Below are positions 8,823 to 21,706 of a stretch of 32,000 bases of DNA, piece after piece. Both the position numbers and the translations under genes were made by a program. The notes under the pieces were generated by a model. It made no database searches, had not been told where the DNA came from, and saw only the letters and a list, made by a program, of their open reading frames with translations. The DNA is from Mycobacterium leprae TN. Lineage in GTDB: Bacteria > Actinomycetota > Actinomycetes > Mycobacteriales > Mycobacteriaceae. The stretch covers positions 660,001 to 692,000 of the forward strand of contig NC_002677.1 of the NCBI RefSeq assembly GCF_000195855.1. Direction: 5' to 3'. The stretch's first letter is position 1; every line of letters starts with the position of its first letter.

Positions 8823-9002
8823 TCGGTCTCCTCCCAAGTGCAATCGTGCTCGCTAGAAATAATAAGCACTAGCAATGGTAAATGTCCATAACATATGATA
8901 AATGTATATAACATCTGTATATGTACGTATATCGCTTATGTGGCTTACTTCACATGTGCACAGGTTGCGGGATAGCAAGGACTTGGAGACCGTTTTTAGA
9001 CT

Positions 9003-9959
9003 GTGCTGGTGCGTCTCGTGTTTGCCGGTACCCCTGAATCTGCGCTGCCCGCGCTGTGTCGTCTTATCGACTCGCCCCGTCATGACGTGATTGCGGTGTT
9101 GACCCGGCCCGACGCCGCATCTGGTCGGCGAGGCAAGCCAGAGCCGTCTCCTGTGGCCCGCGAGGCGCTTGACCGTGGCATTCCGTTGCTGCGGCCAGCG
9201 CGGCCGAACTCGCCCGTGTTCGTTAGTGAACTATCGGAGTGGGCCCCCGAGTGTTGTGTGGTGGTGGCCTACGGCGCACTGCTGGGCAGTCCGTTGCTCG
9301 CAGTGCCCCCGCGGGGCTGGGTTAACTTGCACTTCTCGCTGCTGCCGGCTTGGCGTGGCGCGGCGCCGGTGCAAGCGGCGATCGCCGCCGGGGACACGAT
9401 CACCGGAGCGACAACGTTCCAGATCGAGCCGAGCTTGGATTCTGGACCGGTTTACGGAGTGGTCACCGAGACGATCCAGCCGACTGACACCGCCGGCGAT
9501 CTGCTTGAGCGACTGGCGGTTTCCGGGGCTACACTGCTGTCGAGCACACTGGACGGCATCGCCGACGCTATATTGACGCCGCGACAGCAACCTGTCGACG
9601 GGGTCAGCTTCGCGCCGAAAATAACTGTTGAGCAGGCCCGGGTGTGTTGGGATCTTCCGGCACCGGTTGTTGAGCGTCGTATTCGGGCGGTCACGCCCAA
9701 TCCGGGTGCATGGACACTTGTCGGTAAGTTACGGGTCAAACTTGGACCGGTGCGCTTTGATTCTGGCGCTGTTGAGGTGCCGAGGTTGTTAAAGCCCTTG
9801 CTGCCCGGTGGTATTCATGTAGACCACAAAAGCGTCTGGATCGGCACTGGCTCAGATCCGGTGCGGTTGAGCAAAGTGCAACCGCAGGGAAAGAAATTCA
9901 TGAACGCTGTAGACTGGGCGCATGGCGCCCGACTGGATCCCGCAGCGCGGGCATCATGA
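9003..9959 (+). CDS. fmt: Methionyl-tRNA formyltransferase
   Basis: [15 protein letters not shown]...[20 protein letters not shown]...VVVAYGALL...[20 protein letters not shown] are canonical Fmt motifs. The start is GTG 9003 or GTG 9009. Confidence 0.93.
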   Translation: MLVRLVFAGTPESALPALCRLIDSPRHDVIAVLTRPDAASGRRGKPEPSPVAREALDRGIPLLRPARPNSPVFVSELSEWAPECCVVVAYGALLGSPLLAVPPRGWVNLHFSLLPAWRGAAPVQAAIAAGDTITGATTFQIEPSLDSGPVYGVVTETIQPTDTAGDLLERLAVSGATLLSSTLDGIADAILTPRQQPVDGVSFAPKITVEQARVCWDLPAPVVERRIRAVTPNPGAWTLVGKLRVKLGPVRFDSGAVEVPRLLKPLLPGGIHVDHKSVWIGTGSDPVRLSKVQPQGKKFMNAVDWAHGARLDPAARAS

Positions 9960-10029
9960 CTTCGGTTCAGGACAAATCACACCGAATTTAGCTAGATTGT
10001 AAACTAATCCGGCAGCAAAACCTAGGACG

Positions 10030-11368
10030 GTGACCCCGCAGCCGACCTCTGGTCCTGGCGCGTGACGTTGCGTTCGAGGTACTTCGAGTGGTCAGTGAGC
10101 GCTATACGTATGCGAACTTTGCGCTGTCCGCACTGCTGTGGCAATGTGGTACTAGCGGCTGTGACGCGGCGTTCGCCACCGAGTTGGCTTGCGGTGCGTG
10201 CCGAACCCGAGGTTGGTTTGACGCGGTCATCGTTGTAGCAGAAGGACTTTCGCTGCAAGCGATTAATCCAGTGTTACTCGACCTATTCCGACTGGGTGCC
10301 TACCAGTTGCTGCGCACCCGCGTTGAGGCATACGCCGCAATGTCCACCACAGTCGAACAGGAACGAATCGAATTTGACTTGTCGCGAGCGGTTTTCGTCA
10401 AAATCGTGTTGTGTACTCGCGCCAAGCGAGACGAGCGCTCCTGAGTGGACTAGCTGGCTCCCGACCCATCAAGCGATCCGATCGGGTACACGGCCTTCGT
10501 CCATGCCCATCCCAGTTGGATTGCCCAGGCCTTCGCGGATGCTCTGGGCTCGGCGGCTACAGAGCTCGATGCGATACGTGCCAGCGACGACGAACGACTC
10601 TAGGTGCACTTGGGGGCCCACCTGGGAATGCTGAGCGCCGCAGAACTAGCCGACATGGTGCACGGCACCGTCGGGCGGTACTCGCCGTATACGGTGTACT
10701 TATCTGGTGGCGACCCCGAACAGTTGGCGTCGGCGTGCGACGGTGCAGCCCTGGTCCAGGATGAGGGAAGTCAGTTGGTAGCCCGCGCACTAACCGTGGT
10801 ACCGGTCGACGGTGACATTGGCCTATGGCTGGATTTGTGTGCCGGGCCGGGTGGCAAGACCGCGCTGGGTGACGACTGCGGTGCTCGGGTCACCGCGGTC
10901 AAGCCGGCGCCGCGCTGATCTGGTGGTGGACAACACCCGCGGGTTGCCGGTAAACGTGTTGCGTGTCGACGGGCGCCAGTCCGGCCTCGACCCGGGCTTG
11001 ACCGGGTGCTCATCGATGTGCTCTGCATCGGATTAGGCGCATTGCGCCGTAGGCCCGAGGCACGCTGGCGCCATCAGCCCAGTTACGTGCCAGCGTTAGC
11101 AAAGTTGCAGTGCGAGTTTTTGAACGCTGCGATAGCGCTGACTCGACCGGATGGCGTGCTGCTTTATTCGACGTGTTCGCCTCACCTGGCCGAGATGGTA
11201 GGAGTGGTAGCCAACGCGTTGCATCGTAATCTGTTGTGCGTGTTGGACACTCGATAGTTGTTTGAGCTGATCGTCGAGGGTCTGGGAGCTGGTCCGTATG
11301 TGCAGCTTTGGCCGCACCGGCACGGCACTGACGCCATGTTCGCAGCTGTACTGTGCCGCCTGCTGTGA
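10030..11368 (+). pseudogene. fmu: 16S rRNA m5C methyltransferase (Fmu/RsmB/Sun family) pseudogene
   Basis: Recognisable blocks lie in three frames, interrupted by stops. The first block is YANFALSALL...DAAFATELACGACRTRG...LLDLFRLGAYQLLRTRVEAYAAMSTTVEQ (10088..10444, ending in TGA). The second is ALVQDEGSQLVARAL...WLDLCAGPGGKTAL (10604..10918, ending in TGA). The third is GLGALRRRPEARWR...LLYSTCSPHLAEMVG (11006..11257), which ends at an in-frame TAG at 11255-11257. The homologous tail [36 protein letters not shown] then runs to TGA 11366-11368. Confidence 0.8.
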
Positions 11369-11400
11369 TCCGCGTAGCGGGGTTCAGTAGTCTGCGGCTC

Positions 11401-12090
11401 ATGCCTGGCAACAACATGGGACCCCTGATCGCCCCGTCGATCCTGGCCGCTGATTTCGCCCGGCTCACCGACGAAGCCGCCGTTGTGGCCAGCGCTGATT
11501 GGTTGCATGTCGATGTGATGGACGGCCACTTCGTGCCAAACCTGACTATCGGACTGCCGGTGGTGCAGAGTCTGCTAGCTGCCAGCGACATCCCGATGGA
11601 TTGTCATCTAATGATCGACAACCCAGACAGGTGGGCACCGCCGTACGCCGAAGCCGGCGCCTATAACGTCACCTTTCACGCTGAGGCTACCGACAATCCG
11701 GTAGGAGTAGCCCACGACATCCGGACCGCTGGCGCTAAAGCGGGGATCGGAGTTAAGCCTGGGACACCGCTGAATCCCTACTTGGACATCCTGCCGCACT
11801 TCGACACCCTGCTCATCATGTCGGTGGAACCTGGCTTCGGAGGCCAGGCATTTATCCCCGAAGTGCTGAGTAAGGTGCGTACAGTACGCAAGATGGTTGA
11901 TGCGGGTGAGTTGACGATCCTGGTCGAGATCGATGGCGGCATCAATGCGGACACTATTGAGCAAGCTGCCGAAGCCGGTGTGGACTGTTTCGTCGCTGGA
12001 TCGGCCGTCTATGGCGCAGCCGACCCCAGTGCCGCGGTAGCTGCTTTACGGCGACGGGCTGGTGCCGTGTCGCCGCATCTACGCCGGTGA
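11401..12090 (+). CDS. rpe: Ribulose-5-phosphate 3-epimerase
   Basis: [15 protein letters not shown]...[12 protein letters not shown]...[12 protein letters not shown]...EIDGGIN are Rpe motifs. The ORF-track start (GTG 11353) lies inside the fmu relic. ATG 11401 ([13 protein letters not shown]) or ATG 11416 is more plausible. The stop TGA 12088-12090 overlaps the ribD GTG. Confidence 0.9.
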   Translation: MPGNNMGPLIAPSILAADFARLTDEAAVVASADWLHVDVMDGHFVPNLTIGLPVVQSLLAASDIPMDCHLMIDNPDRWAPPYAEAGAYNVTFHAEATDNPVGVAHDIRTAGAKAGIGVKPGTPLNPYLDILPHFDTLLIMSVEPGFGGQAFIPEVLSKVRTVRKMVDAGELTILVEIDGGINADTIEQAAEAGVDCFVAGSAVYGAADPSAAVAALRRRAGAVSPHLRR

Positions 12091-13106
12091 ACGTTCAAAC
12101 GGTCGACAGCCTCGATGCCGCCATGCGGCTGGCTGTTGAACAGTCTTACCTGGTCAAGGGCGCCACCTATCCGAATCCACCGGTGGGTGCGGTTATTGTG
12201 GATCCCGATGGGCGGGTTGTTGGCGTGGGCGCCACCGAGCCGGCCGGCGGCGACCATGCTGAAGTGGTGGCGCTGCGCAGCGCCGGCGTTACAGCGGCCG
12301 GTGCCATTGCAGTGGTCACCCTTGAGCCGTGCAACCACTACGGCAAGACTCCGCCATGCGTGAACGCGCTGCTGGAGGCCAAAGTGGATAAGGTAGCATA
12401 TGCCATCGCCGATCCGAACGCAAGCGCTGGTGGCGGTGCGGCTCGGTTGACGGCAGCCGGCGTGCATGTGCAGTCTGGGGTATTGGCCGATCTGGTGACC
12501 GCCGGACCGCTGCGGGAGTGGCTGCACAAACAGCGGACCGGGCTGCCTCACGTGACGTGGAAGTATGCCAGCAGCATAGATGGTCGTAGCGCTGCTGCCG
12601 ATGGCTCGAGTCGGTGGCTCTCTAGCGAAGCCTCGCGCGCAGACCTACATCGTCGCCGCGCCACAGCTGACGCCATTGTGGTTGGCACCGGCACCGTCCT
12701 GGCCGATAACCCGACCCTGACGGCCCGCCTAGCCAATGGTGCGCTGGCTGACCGGCAACCGTTGCGGGTGGTGGTGGGCATGCGGGAAATACCGCTAGAA
12801 GCGAACGTTCTCAACGACGATTCACCTACTATGGTGATTCGTACCCACGATCCCATGGAGGTCCTCAAGGCGCTTGCAGATCGGACAGACGTGCTGCTGG
12901 AGGGGGGGCCTACCCTGGCCGGAGCCTTTCTGCGGGCTGGGACGATCAACCGGATCCTGGCCTACGTCGCGCCGATCTTGCTGGGCGGCCCCGTCACTGC
13001 AGTCGACGACGTGGGGGTTCCCAACATTGCGCGGGCGCTACGTTGGCAGTTCGACGGCATCGACCGGGCTGGCTCGGATTTAGTGATTAGTCTGGTGACG
13101 CGTTAG
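12087..13106 (+). CDS. ribD: Bifunctional riboflavin biosynthesis deaminase/reductase
   Basis: The deaminase zinc motif HAEVVAL...[14 protein letters not shown] is followed by a reductase half ([12 protein letters not shown]...[17 protein letters not shown]). The GTG start at 12087 overlaps the rpe stop by 4 nt (GTGA). Confidence 0.93.
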   Translation: MNVQTVDSLDAAMRLAVEQSYLVKGATYPNPPVGAVIVDPDGRVVGVGATEPAGGDHAEVVALRSAGVTAAGAIAVVTLEPCNHYGKTPPCVNALLEAKVDKVAYAIADPNASAGGGAARLTAAGVHVQSGVLADLVTAGPLREWLHKQRTGLPHVTWKYASSIDGRSAAADGSSRWLSSEASRADLHRRRATADAIVVGTGTVLADNPTLTARLANGALADRQPLRVVVGMREIPLEANVLNDDSPTMVIRTHDPMEVLKALADRTDVLLEGGPTLAGAFLRAGTINRILAYVAPILLGGPVTAVDDVGVPNIARALRWQFDGIDRAGSDLVISLVTR

Positions 13107-13149
13107 CGCGTAGCCGTTACGGTGTTGGCATTGGGTCTTTTGTGGTCCG

Positions 13150-14679
13150 CTACTCGGGGACTTTTGGCTCGCTCGCGTGTTCTTTGCGGCTGCTGATCAG
13201 CAGACCCAGCAGTGCTCCGATGACACACACGATGGCGGTGATCATGAATATGTCGCTGTACATCATCGTGTATGCACGTTTGGCCTGGTCGGCTACCGCA
13301 GCCGCGCGTTCAATCAGGGTGGCATCGGGCGGGACCGCCGTAGACAACCCCGCAAGGATCTGGTTGAACCGGTACAACCCCCAGGCGGTCAGTGCGGCTA
13401 CTCCGATCAACATGCCGGTCATCCTGGCGACCACCACTGCCGCTGAGGCGATGCCGTGCTGCGCCGTCGGGACAACTCGCAGGGTAGCCGAAGACAGTGG
13501 ACCGATCACCAGGCCAAGTCCCAGGCCGGCCACCAACAGGTCGGCGTACATCGTGGGCACACTGAACAGCCCGAAGATGCTGCGCCGGTAGTTCAACAAG
13601 TCGACTGGCCAATGTGAGATCAGCCAATAGCCGCCCGCAGTGATGAGCAGCCCGACGAAGGTCATCGTGCGGTCACCAGCCTTGGTGGCGCCCCACCCGC
13701 CCAACACCGCCCCGATCGGCAGCGCGATCAGAAACCACACCAGCAGCCCGGCTGCTTGGGTTTGGTCCATTCCCAACACGCCCTGGCCGAACAGCTCCAC
13801 ATTGACCAGTGTCACCATTAGCGCCGCGCCCGCAGCGACCGATGCGCCCAGTGCGGACAGGAACGGTCGGATGTGCACACCGGCAGGGTCGATCAGCCGG
13901 GTGCGTGCGCAGCGCTCCCAGACCGCGAATGCCACCGTGGCGACGATCCCCCCGACCAGTACGGGCACCCCATAGCTCGGCAGCACCTGTTTGCTGTCGG
14001 GTTGGGGATTGTATAGTCCGATGACCACCAGGCCCAGCGCGATGGCCAACAGCACACCGCCGACCACGTCGACCTTTTCCAGCTCGTCACCGCGGTCGTG
14101 CGCTGACAGGCTGACTTGGATCATCAGCATGGCGATCGCGGTCAGCGGGATGTTGATCCAGAACACGTATCGCCAATCGCTGAATAGCCAAACGATGAAG
14201 ATGCCGTACAGCGGACCCAGCACACTGCCGAGCTCCTGCGCGGCGCCAATGCCACCGAGCACGCCAGCGCGGTTGCGCTGCGCCCACAGGTCGGCGCCCA
14301 GTGCAAGGGTGATCGGTAGCAGCGCGCCGCTGGCGACCCCCTGGATGGTGCGGCCTGCGATCAGCATATGAAAGTCGCCAAATTGTCCGGCTAGTGCGGT
14401 CATCACTGACCCGATGGCGAATCCGGCCAAGCTGACCTGCAACAGCAACTTGCGGCCAAATCGGTCGGAAGCTCGGCTCAGCAGCGGCATTGCGGCGATG
14501 TAGCCCAGCAGATACATCGTGACGATCCAGGTGATCCGCTGCATCTGGTTTACCGGGATGCCAACGTCGTGCATGATGTCGCGCATGATGGTGACCACGA
14601 CATAGGTGTCCAGAGCCCCCAGCAGTACTGCGAGGCTGCCGGCGCTGATCGCAACTCGGCGTCCCGCCCGCGTGCTCAT
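13150..14679 (-). CDS. MFS-family efflux/transport protein, about 14 TM segments (Rv1410c P55-like)
   Basis: 509-codon ORF that is hydrophobic throughout, with MFS-type loops (SDRFGRK, GRTIQG). Its ATG (14677-14679) overlaps the TGA of lprG (14679-14681) by 1 nt. This matches the lprG-P55 operon arrangement I recall from M. tuberculosis. Confidence 0.93.
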   Translation of the reverse strand: MSTRAGRRVAISAGSLAVLLGALDTYVVVTIMRDIMHDVGIPVNQMQRITWIVTMYLLGYIAAMPLLSRASDRFGRKLLLQVSLAGFAIGSVMTALAGQFGDFHMLIAGRTIQGVASGALLPITLALGADLWAQRNRAGVLGGIGAAQELGSVLGPLYGIFIVWLFSDWRYVFWINIPLTAIAMLMIQVSLSAHDRGDELEKVDVVGGVLLAIALGLVVIGLYNPQPDSKQVLPSYGVPVLVGGIVATVAFAVWERCARTRLIDPAGVHIRPFLSALGASVAAGAALMVTLVNVELFGQGVLGMDQTQAAGLLVWFLIALPIGAVLGGWGATKAGDRTMTFVGLLITAGGYWLISHWPVDLLNYRRSIFGLFSVPTMYADLLVAGLGLGLVIGPLSSATLRVVPTAQHGIASAAVVVARMTGMLIGVAALTAWGLYRFNQILAGLSTAVPPDATLIERAAAVADQAKRAYTMMYSDIFMITAIVCVIGALLGLLISSRKEHASEPKVPE

Positions 14680-15404
14680 CAGCTCACCTGGGGCTTGGTT
14701 ACCTGTACCGGCTCATCCCAATTCGACAGTGTCATCTGGACGGAATTGCCCGAACTCTTATTGTCTATCCTGATCTGCGCTAGCTGGTGATCACCTGTTT
14801 CTTGAATCCAGACGGTGGCCGGCATGGGCTGCGTGGCGTTGAACGGCGGCGCGATCTTGTTAACGGCATCTGCGGAGACGTTTCCACTGATGCGTACGGC
14901 GCTCTGACCGTTGATGCTGTCGCGGCCCTCGGTCTTGGCGCCGGTAAAATTCGCCAGCACGTTGGCTAGACCGGCGTCCGGATTGAGGATGGACGCGACA
15001 TCGTAAATGTCGGAGGCCTTACCGAAATCACTCCATTTGCTCGGCGTCAGGGTAGCATATAGCTCTCCGTCGACAACTACGAAGTTGGCATTGAGATCGG
15101 CCCCGTCAAGTGTGATCGTGGCGTTTCCCGACGCGACGGTGTTCGGGTGCGTGGTTAAGTCACCCGTCAGCGTCTTTACGGGCAGTCCGGTGATTTTGCC
15201 ATTCACTGACAATACCAGGTGTGCGCTCGTGACGTTCTTGGTGATGTCAGTGGCCTGTTTGACCCAAGTCGTCGCGTCGGGCAGTGGTCCGCTGCTCAGG
15301 TTGGAGCCTGATGAGCAGCCGGCGATCACGGCGGTGGCGGTATTCAGTGTGGCGAGGACGGCGAAGAGCCGGCGATGATGTTTAGGGGCTTGCATACCCT
15401 GCAT
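14679..15404 (-). CDS. lprG: Lipoprotein LprG (glycolipid/triacylglyceride-binding lipoprotein family)
   Basis: The signal peptide carries the lipobox AVIAGC|SSG. The mature sequence closely follows my recollection of LprG ([11 protein letters not shown]...[15 protein letters not shown]...[13 protein letters not shown]...SVQMTLSNW). The start is ATG 15404 or ATG 15395. Confidence 0.93.
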   Translation of the reverse strand: MQGMQAPKHHRRLFAVLATLNTATAVIAGCSSGSNLSSGPLPDATTWVKQATDITKNVTSAHLVLSVNGKITGLPVKTLTGDLTTHPNTVASGNATITLDGADLNANFVVVDGELYATLTPSKWSDFGKASDIYDVASILNPDAGLANVLANFTGAKTEGRDSINGQSAVRISGNVSADAVNKIAPPFNATQPMPATVWIQETGDHQLAQIRIDNKSSGNSVQMTLSNWDEPVQVTKPQVS

Positions 15405-15551
15405 CGTAGAGGGTGACAGTGACCGATTCGGAAAGCACGGGGAGTGTTATTAGAGTGTTAAGGGGGTGAACACGGAGCGGCGACGCTGCTTGACAACGGC
15501 GTTTGCCGTGCCTGACAGGGGTCGAGCGGACGGCCAAACTAGTCTTGTCCC

Positions 15552-16175
15552 ATGTTCACCGGAATTGTTGAGGAACTCGGAGAGGTGGTCGGTCGGGACG
15601 CCCATGCCGATGCGGCGCGCCTAATCATTCGCGGTCGCACGGTCACCGCCGACGCTGGCCATGGCGATTCGATCGCGGTTAACGGCGTGTGCCTTACAGT
15701 GGTGGAGGTGCTGCCCGACGGCCAATTCAGTGCTGATGTGATGGCAGAAACGCTCCATCGCTCCAACTTGGGTGAGCTACGAGTCGGCAATCGGGTCAAC
15801 CTGGAGCGCGCTGTGGCTATTAACAGCCGGCTCGGCGGGCATATCGTGCAGGGGCATGTGGACGGCACCGGCGAGGTGGTGGCTCGCACCCTCTCAGACC
15901 ACTGGGAGGTGGTGCGGATAGAGGTGCCCCCGGCGGTGGCTCGCTATTTCGTTGAAAAGGGCTCGATCACCGTCGACGGGATTTCGCTGACGGTCTCCGG
16001 GCTCGGTGCTGAACCTCGGGACTGGTTGGAGGTTTCTTTGATCCCAACGACCCGAGAGCTGACCACCCTTGGCCGTACTCCGTTGGGAACGCAGGTGAAC
16101 CTTGAAGTGGACGTCATCGCCAAATATGTTGAGCGGCTACTCCAGAGCGTTCCTACCGGGGATTTGACTCGATAG
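15552..16175 (+). CDS. ribC: Riboflavin synthase alpha chain
   Basis: MFTGIVEELGEV...GDSIAVNGVCLTV...GSITVDGISLTV shows the duplicated lumazine-binding repeats of riboflavin synthase. The stop is TAG at 16173-16175. Confidence 0.93.
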   Translation: MFTGIVEELGEVVGRDAHADAARLIIRGRTVTADAGHGDSIAVNGVCLTVVEVLPDGQFSADVMAETLHRSNLGELRVGNRVNLERAVAINSRLGGHIVQGHVDGTGEVVARTLSDHWEVVRIEVPPAVARYFVEKGSITVDGISLTVSGLGAEPRDWLEVSLIPTTRELTTLGRTPLGTQVNLEVDVIAKYVERLLQSVPTGDLTR

Positions 16176-16185
16176 CCTTTCCTGC

Positions 16186-16223
16186 AGTGGCATGAGCCGC
16201 GCAACTGTGCGGCTCATGCCACT
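16186..16223 (+). terminator. 15-bp perfect hairpin 11 nt after the ribC stop (terminator/attenuator-like, no U-tract)
   Basis: agtggcatgagccgc (16186-16200) is the exact reverse complement of gcggctcatgccact (16209-16223). The loop is gcaactgt (8 nt). It is followed by taatctgcc, not a T-run. Confidence 0.4.
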
Positions 16224-16331
16224 TAATCTGCCTTGAAAAGCTGTGGCAATGACCGTGGCAGCACGGTGGTTCATACTGAATGCAGCGTGTGGGCTGCTTG
16301 TGTGGGCCCTTTTGATAGCAAGGTGGCAAAG

Positions 16332-18555
<2,224 letters not shown>

Positions 18556-18869
18556 CAAAACGGCACACTGAAACATCTGGTTAGCGACCGTCATACTCTG
18601 CCCAATGAACGGGCTCAACCAGCATCGATGATGTATCCAGCTGAACGGCCATATTGTCGATATAGTCTCGGTTCCTGCTGTCACGTTATTGACATAATTG
18701 GACATGATATCTCCGTAGGTTGGCGTATCGCAACCGGGGACTCTAGTGGGTGGCTCGAATTGGTTGTTCGAAGGTCCCTGTGAGGAGTGGATAGTTTTCC
18801 TTGATCGGACTAGCTCGACGGACACCAGCCTTTCTAGTGGTCCCTGTGAGCGACCACTAGCCTAGATGC

Positions 18870-20813
18870 GTGCCAGATCCCGCGACGTATCGCCCCGCGA
18901 CCGGATCCATCCCGGTCGAGCCTGGTGTGTACCGATTCCGGGATCCGTACGGGCGCGTCATTTACGTAGGCAAGGCCAAAAGCCTGCGTAGCCGGCTGGC
19001 ATCGTATTTTGCCGACGTCGCGAACCTGCACCCGCGGACTCGGCAAATGGTGACCATTGCAGCCAAGGTCGAGTGGACAGTGGTCAACACTGAGGTTGAG
19101 GCTCTGCAGTTGGAGTACAATTGGATCAAGGAATTCGATCCGCGCTTCAACATCCGCTACCGCGACGACAAGTCCTATCCGGTATTGGCCGTCACCCTGG
19201 GTGAGGAGTTTCCTCGACTGATGGTCTATCGCGGTCCCCGGCGCAAGGGCGTGCGCTATTTCGGACCGTACTCGCACGCGTGGGCCATTCGGGAAACGCT
19301 GGATCTGCTCACCCGGGTGTTTCCAGCACGAACCTGTTCACCTGGAGTGTTCAAGCGGCACAAGCAAATCGATCGTCCATGCCTACTTGGTTACATTGAC
19401 AAATGTGCGGCGCCGTGTGTGGGCAGGGTTGGTGCCGAGCAGCATAGTCAAATCGTGGCAGATTTTTGCGACTTCTTGTCCGGCAAGACCGATCGGTATG
19501 CCCGTGACTTGGAACGAAAAATGAGCGCAGCTGCAGAGCAACTCGATTTCGAACGAGCAGCCCGGCTTCGTGACGACCTTTTTGCACTCAAGCGGGCTAT
19601 GGAGAAACAGGCGGTGGTGTTCGGCGATGGTACTGACGCTGACGTAGTGGCATTCGCCTACGACGAACTGGAGGTGGCGGTGCAGGTGTTCCACGTTCGC
19701 GGCGGGCGGGTGCGTGGCCAGCGCGGCTGGATTGTTGAAAAGTCCGATGACCCTGGTGATACCGGGGAGGAGCAATTGGTGGAGCAATTCCTGGCACAGT
19801 TCTATGGCGAACAGGCGGAGTTAGACTTTGTTGCAGACGAATCCGCTAACCCGGTTCCCCGCGAGGTGTTGGTGCCGTGTTTACCCTCCAACGCCGACGA
19901 GTTGGCCAGTTGGCTGTCCGGTCTGCGTGGATCCCGGGTCGCGCTGCGGGTGCCACGGCGCGGCGACAAACGTGCGCTAGCTGAGACGGTGCAGCGAAAC
20001 GCGAAAGAAGAATTGCAGCAACACAAACTGAAGCGTGCCAGTGACTTTAACTCTAGATCCGCTGCGTTGCAGAATATTCAAGACACACTGGGTTTATCCT
20101 ATGCACCACTGCGAATTGAATGCGTCGATATAAGCCACGTGCAGGGCACCGACGTGGTGGGCTCTCTGGTCGTATTCGAGGACGGTTTGCCGCGCAAGTC
20201 GGACTACCGACACTTCGGGATCCGGAAAGCTGCTGGGAACGGGCGCTCTGATGATGTTGCCTCCATCGCTGAGGTGACTCGACGCCGATTCCTGCAGCAT
20301 CTTCACGATCAGAACGATACGAATCTGCTTTCTCCGGAAGGAAAATCACACCGATTTGCCTATCCGCCTAATCTGTATGTCGTTGACGGTGGCGCGCCAC
20401 AAGTCAATGCGGCCAGCACCGTGCTTGAGGAACTCGGTATCATTGATGTGGCTGTGATTGGTCTGGCCAAGCGGCTCGAAGAGGTGTGGGTGCCGTTCGA
20501 GCCGTACCCGGTCATCATGCCGCGCAACAGCGAGGCCCTGTTTCTGCTGCAGCGGGTTCGTGATGAGGCACATCGATTTGCCATCACCTACCATCGCAGC
20601 AAGCGATCCAAGCGAATGACCGCATCGGCGCTGGATTCGGTGCCGGGGTTGGGAGCGCATCGCCGCAAAGCGCTGGTTACCCACTTCGGATCTATAGCCC
20701 GCCTCAAAGATGCCACCGTAGAACAGATCACTGCCGTTCCGGGTATCGGCGTGGCAACGGCTACTGCCGTCCTCGAGGCGCTGCGACCGGATTCATCTGA
20801 GGCCTCGGAATGA
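18870..20813 (+). CDS. uvrC: Excinuclease ABC subunit C
   Basis: The GIY-YIG N-terminus is GVYRFRD...[18 protein letters not shown], followed by a UVR domain ([13 protein letters not shown]). An endonuclease V-like domain and a C-terminal (HhH)2 ([18 protein letters not shown]...VPGIGVATA) are also present. GTG 18870 is the first start after the in-frame TAG at 18858-18860. Confidence 0.95.
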   Translation: MPDPATYRPATGSIPVEPGVYRFRDPYGRVIYVGKAKSLRSRLASYFADVANLHPRTRQMVTIAAKVEWTVVNTEVEALQLEYNWIKEFDPRFNIRYRDDKSYPVLAVTLGEEFPRLMVYRGPRRKGVRYFGPYSHAWAIRETLDLLTRVFPARTCSPGVFKRHKQIDRPCLLGYIDKCAAPCVGRVGAEQHSQIVADFCDFLSGKTDRYARDLERKMSAAAEQLDFERAARLRDDLFALKRAMEKQAVVFGDGTDADVVAFAYDELEVAVQVFHVRGGRVRGQRGWIVEKSDDPGDTGEEQLVEQFLAQFYGEQAELDFVADESANPVPREVLVPCLPSNADELASWLSGLRGSRVALRVPRRGDKRALAETVQRNAKEELQQHKLKRASDFNSRSAALQNIQDTLGLSYAPLRIECVDISHVQGTDVVGSLVVFEDGLPRKSDYRHFGIRKAAGNGRSDDVASIAEVTRRRFLQHLHDQNDTNLLSPEGKSHRFAYPPNLYVVDGGAPQVNAASTVLEELGIIDVAVIGLAKRLEEVWVPFEPYPVIMPRNSEALFLLQRVRDEAHRFAITYHRSKRSKRMTASALDSVPGLGAHRRKALVTHFGSIARLKDATVEQITAVPGIGVATATAVLEALRPDSSEASE

Positions 20814-21706
20814 GTGGGAACAACCACCCGGGAGACGCCTCGGCCGAAATCGACGTCGTTCTGGTGACCGGGTTGTCCGGGGCCGGGCGCGGCACCGCGG
20901 CCAAGGTGCTAGAGGACCTTGGCTGGTATGTCGCTGACAACCTCCCGCCTCAGCTGATCACCTGGATGGTGGATTTCGGGTTGGCGGCCGGATCGCGGAT
21001 CACCCAGCTGGCGGTGGTGATGGATGTGCGATCACGTGGCTTCACCGGCGATCTGGACTCGGTGCGCCGCGAACTCGCCACCCGCAACATCATTCCGCGT
21101 GTGGTGTTCATGGAAGCATCTGACGACATGTTGGTGCGCCGCTACGAACAGAATCGACGCAGCCATCCACTGCAGGGCGAGCAGACGTTGGCCGAGGGCA
21201 TTGCCGCTGAGCGTAGGATGTTGGCTCCGGTTCGTGCTACGGCCGACTTGATTATCGACACATCGGCGTTGTCCGTGCCCGGCTTGCGGGAAAGCATCGA
21301 GCGTGCGTTCGGCGGTGATGCCAGCGCGACTACCAGCGTCACTGTGGAGTCCTTCGGCTTCAAGTACGGCCTGCCGATGGACGCCGACATCGTCATGGAT
21401 GTGCGGTTCCTGCCGAATCCGCATTGGGTCGACGAGTTACGTTCACTCACTGGCCAGCATTCGGCGGTGCGCGACTATGTGCTGGGCCAGCCCGGCGCGG
21501 CTGAGTTTCTGCGGACTTATCGTCGATTGCTTTCTCTGGTTGTCGACGGCTACCGACGGGAGGGGAAGCGCTATATGACAGTCGCTATAGGTTGCACCGG
21601 TGGCAAACATCGCAGCGTGGCGATCGCGGAAGCATTAATGGGACTGCTACAGTCGGATCTGCAATTGTCGGTGCGGGTGCTGCACCGGGATCTGGGTCGC
21701 GAATGA
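20810..21706 (+). CDS. rapZ: RapZ/YvcJ-family P-loop nucleotide-binding protein (Rv1421-like)
   Basis: [31 protein letters not shown], with the C-terminal [15 protein letters not shown], is diagnostic of the RapZ/YvcJ family. The ATG overlaps the uvrC stop (ATGA, 20810-20813). Confidence 0.9.
   Translation: MSGNNHPGDASAEIDVVLVTGLSGAGRGTAAKVLEDLGWYVADNLPPQLITWMVDFGLAAGSRITQLAVVMDVRSRGFTGDLDSVRRELATRNIIPRVVFMEASDDMLVRRYEQNRRSHPLQGEQTLAEGIAAERRMLAPVRATADLIIDTSALSVPGLRESIERAFGGDASATTSVTVESFGFKYGLPMDADIVMDVRFLPNPHWVDELRSLTGQHSAVRDYVLGQPGAAEFLRTYRRLLSLVVDGYRREGKRYMTVAIGCTGGKHRSVAIAEALMGLLQSDLQLSVRVLHRDLGRE

Noticed and set aside
11010-12551. 193- and 180-codon minus-strand ORFs (11010..11591, 12009..12551)
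   Set aside because: They are antisense to the fmu relic/rpe and to ribD respectively. No recognisable domains are present, and the composition is consistent with a GC-rich antisense artefact.
15405-15551. Possible FMN (RFN) riboswitch in the leader of ribC
   Set aside because: I looked for the conserved RFN cores (GGGTGAAATTCCC, ACCGGCGGT, CCGACAGT, AGTCTGGATG as I recall them). Only a weak resemblance was found (agggggtgaacacggagcggcg), and the other conserved segments are absent. A covariance-model scan would settle it.
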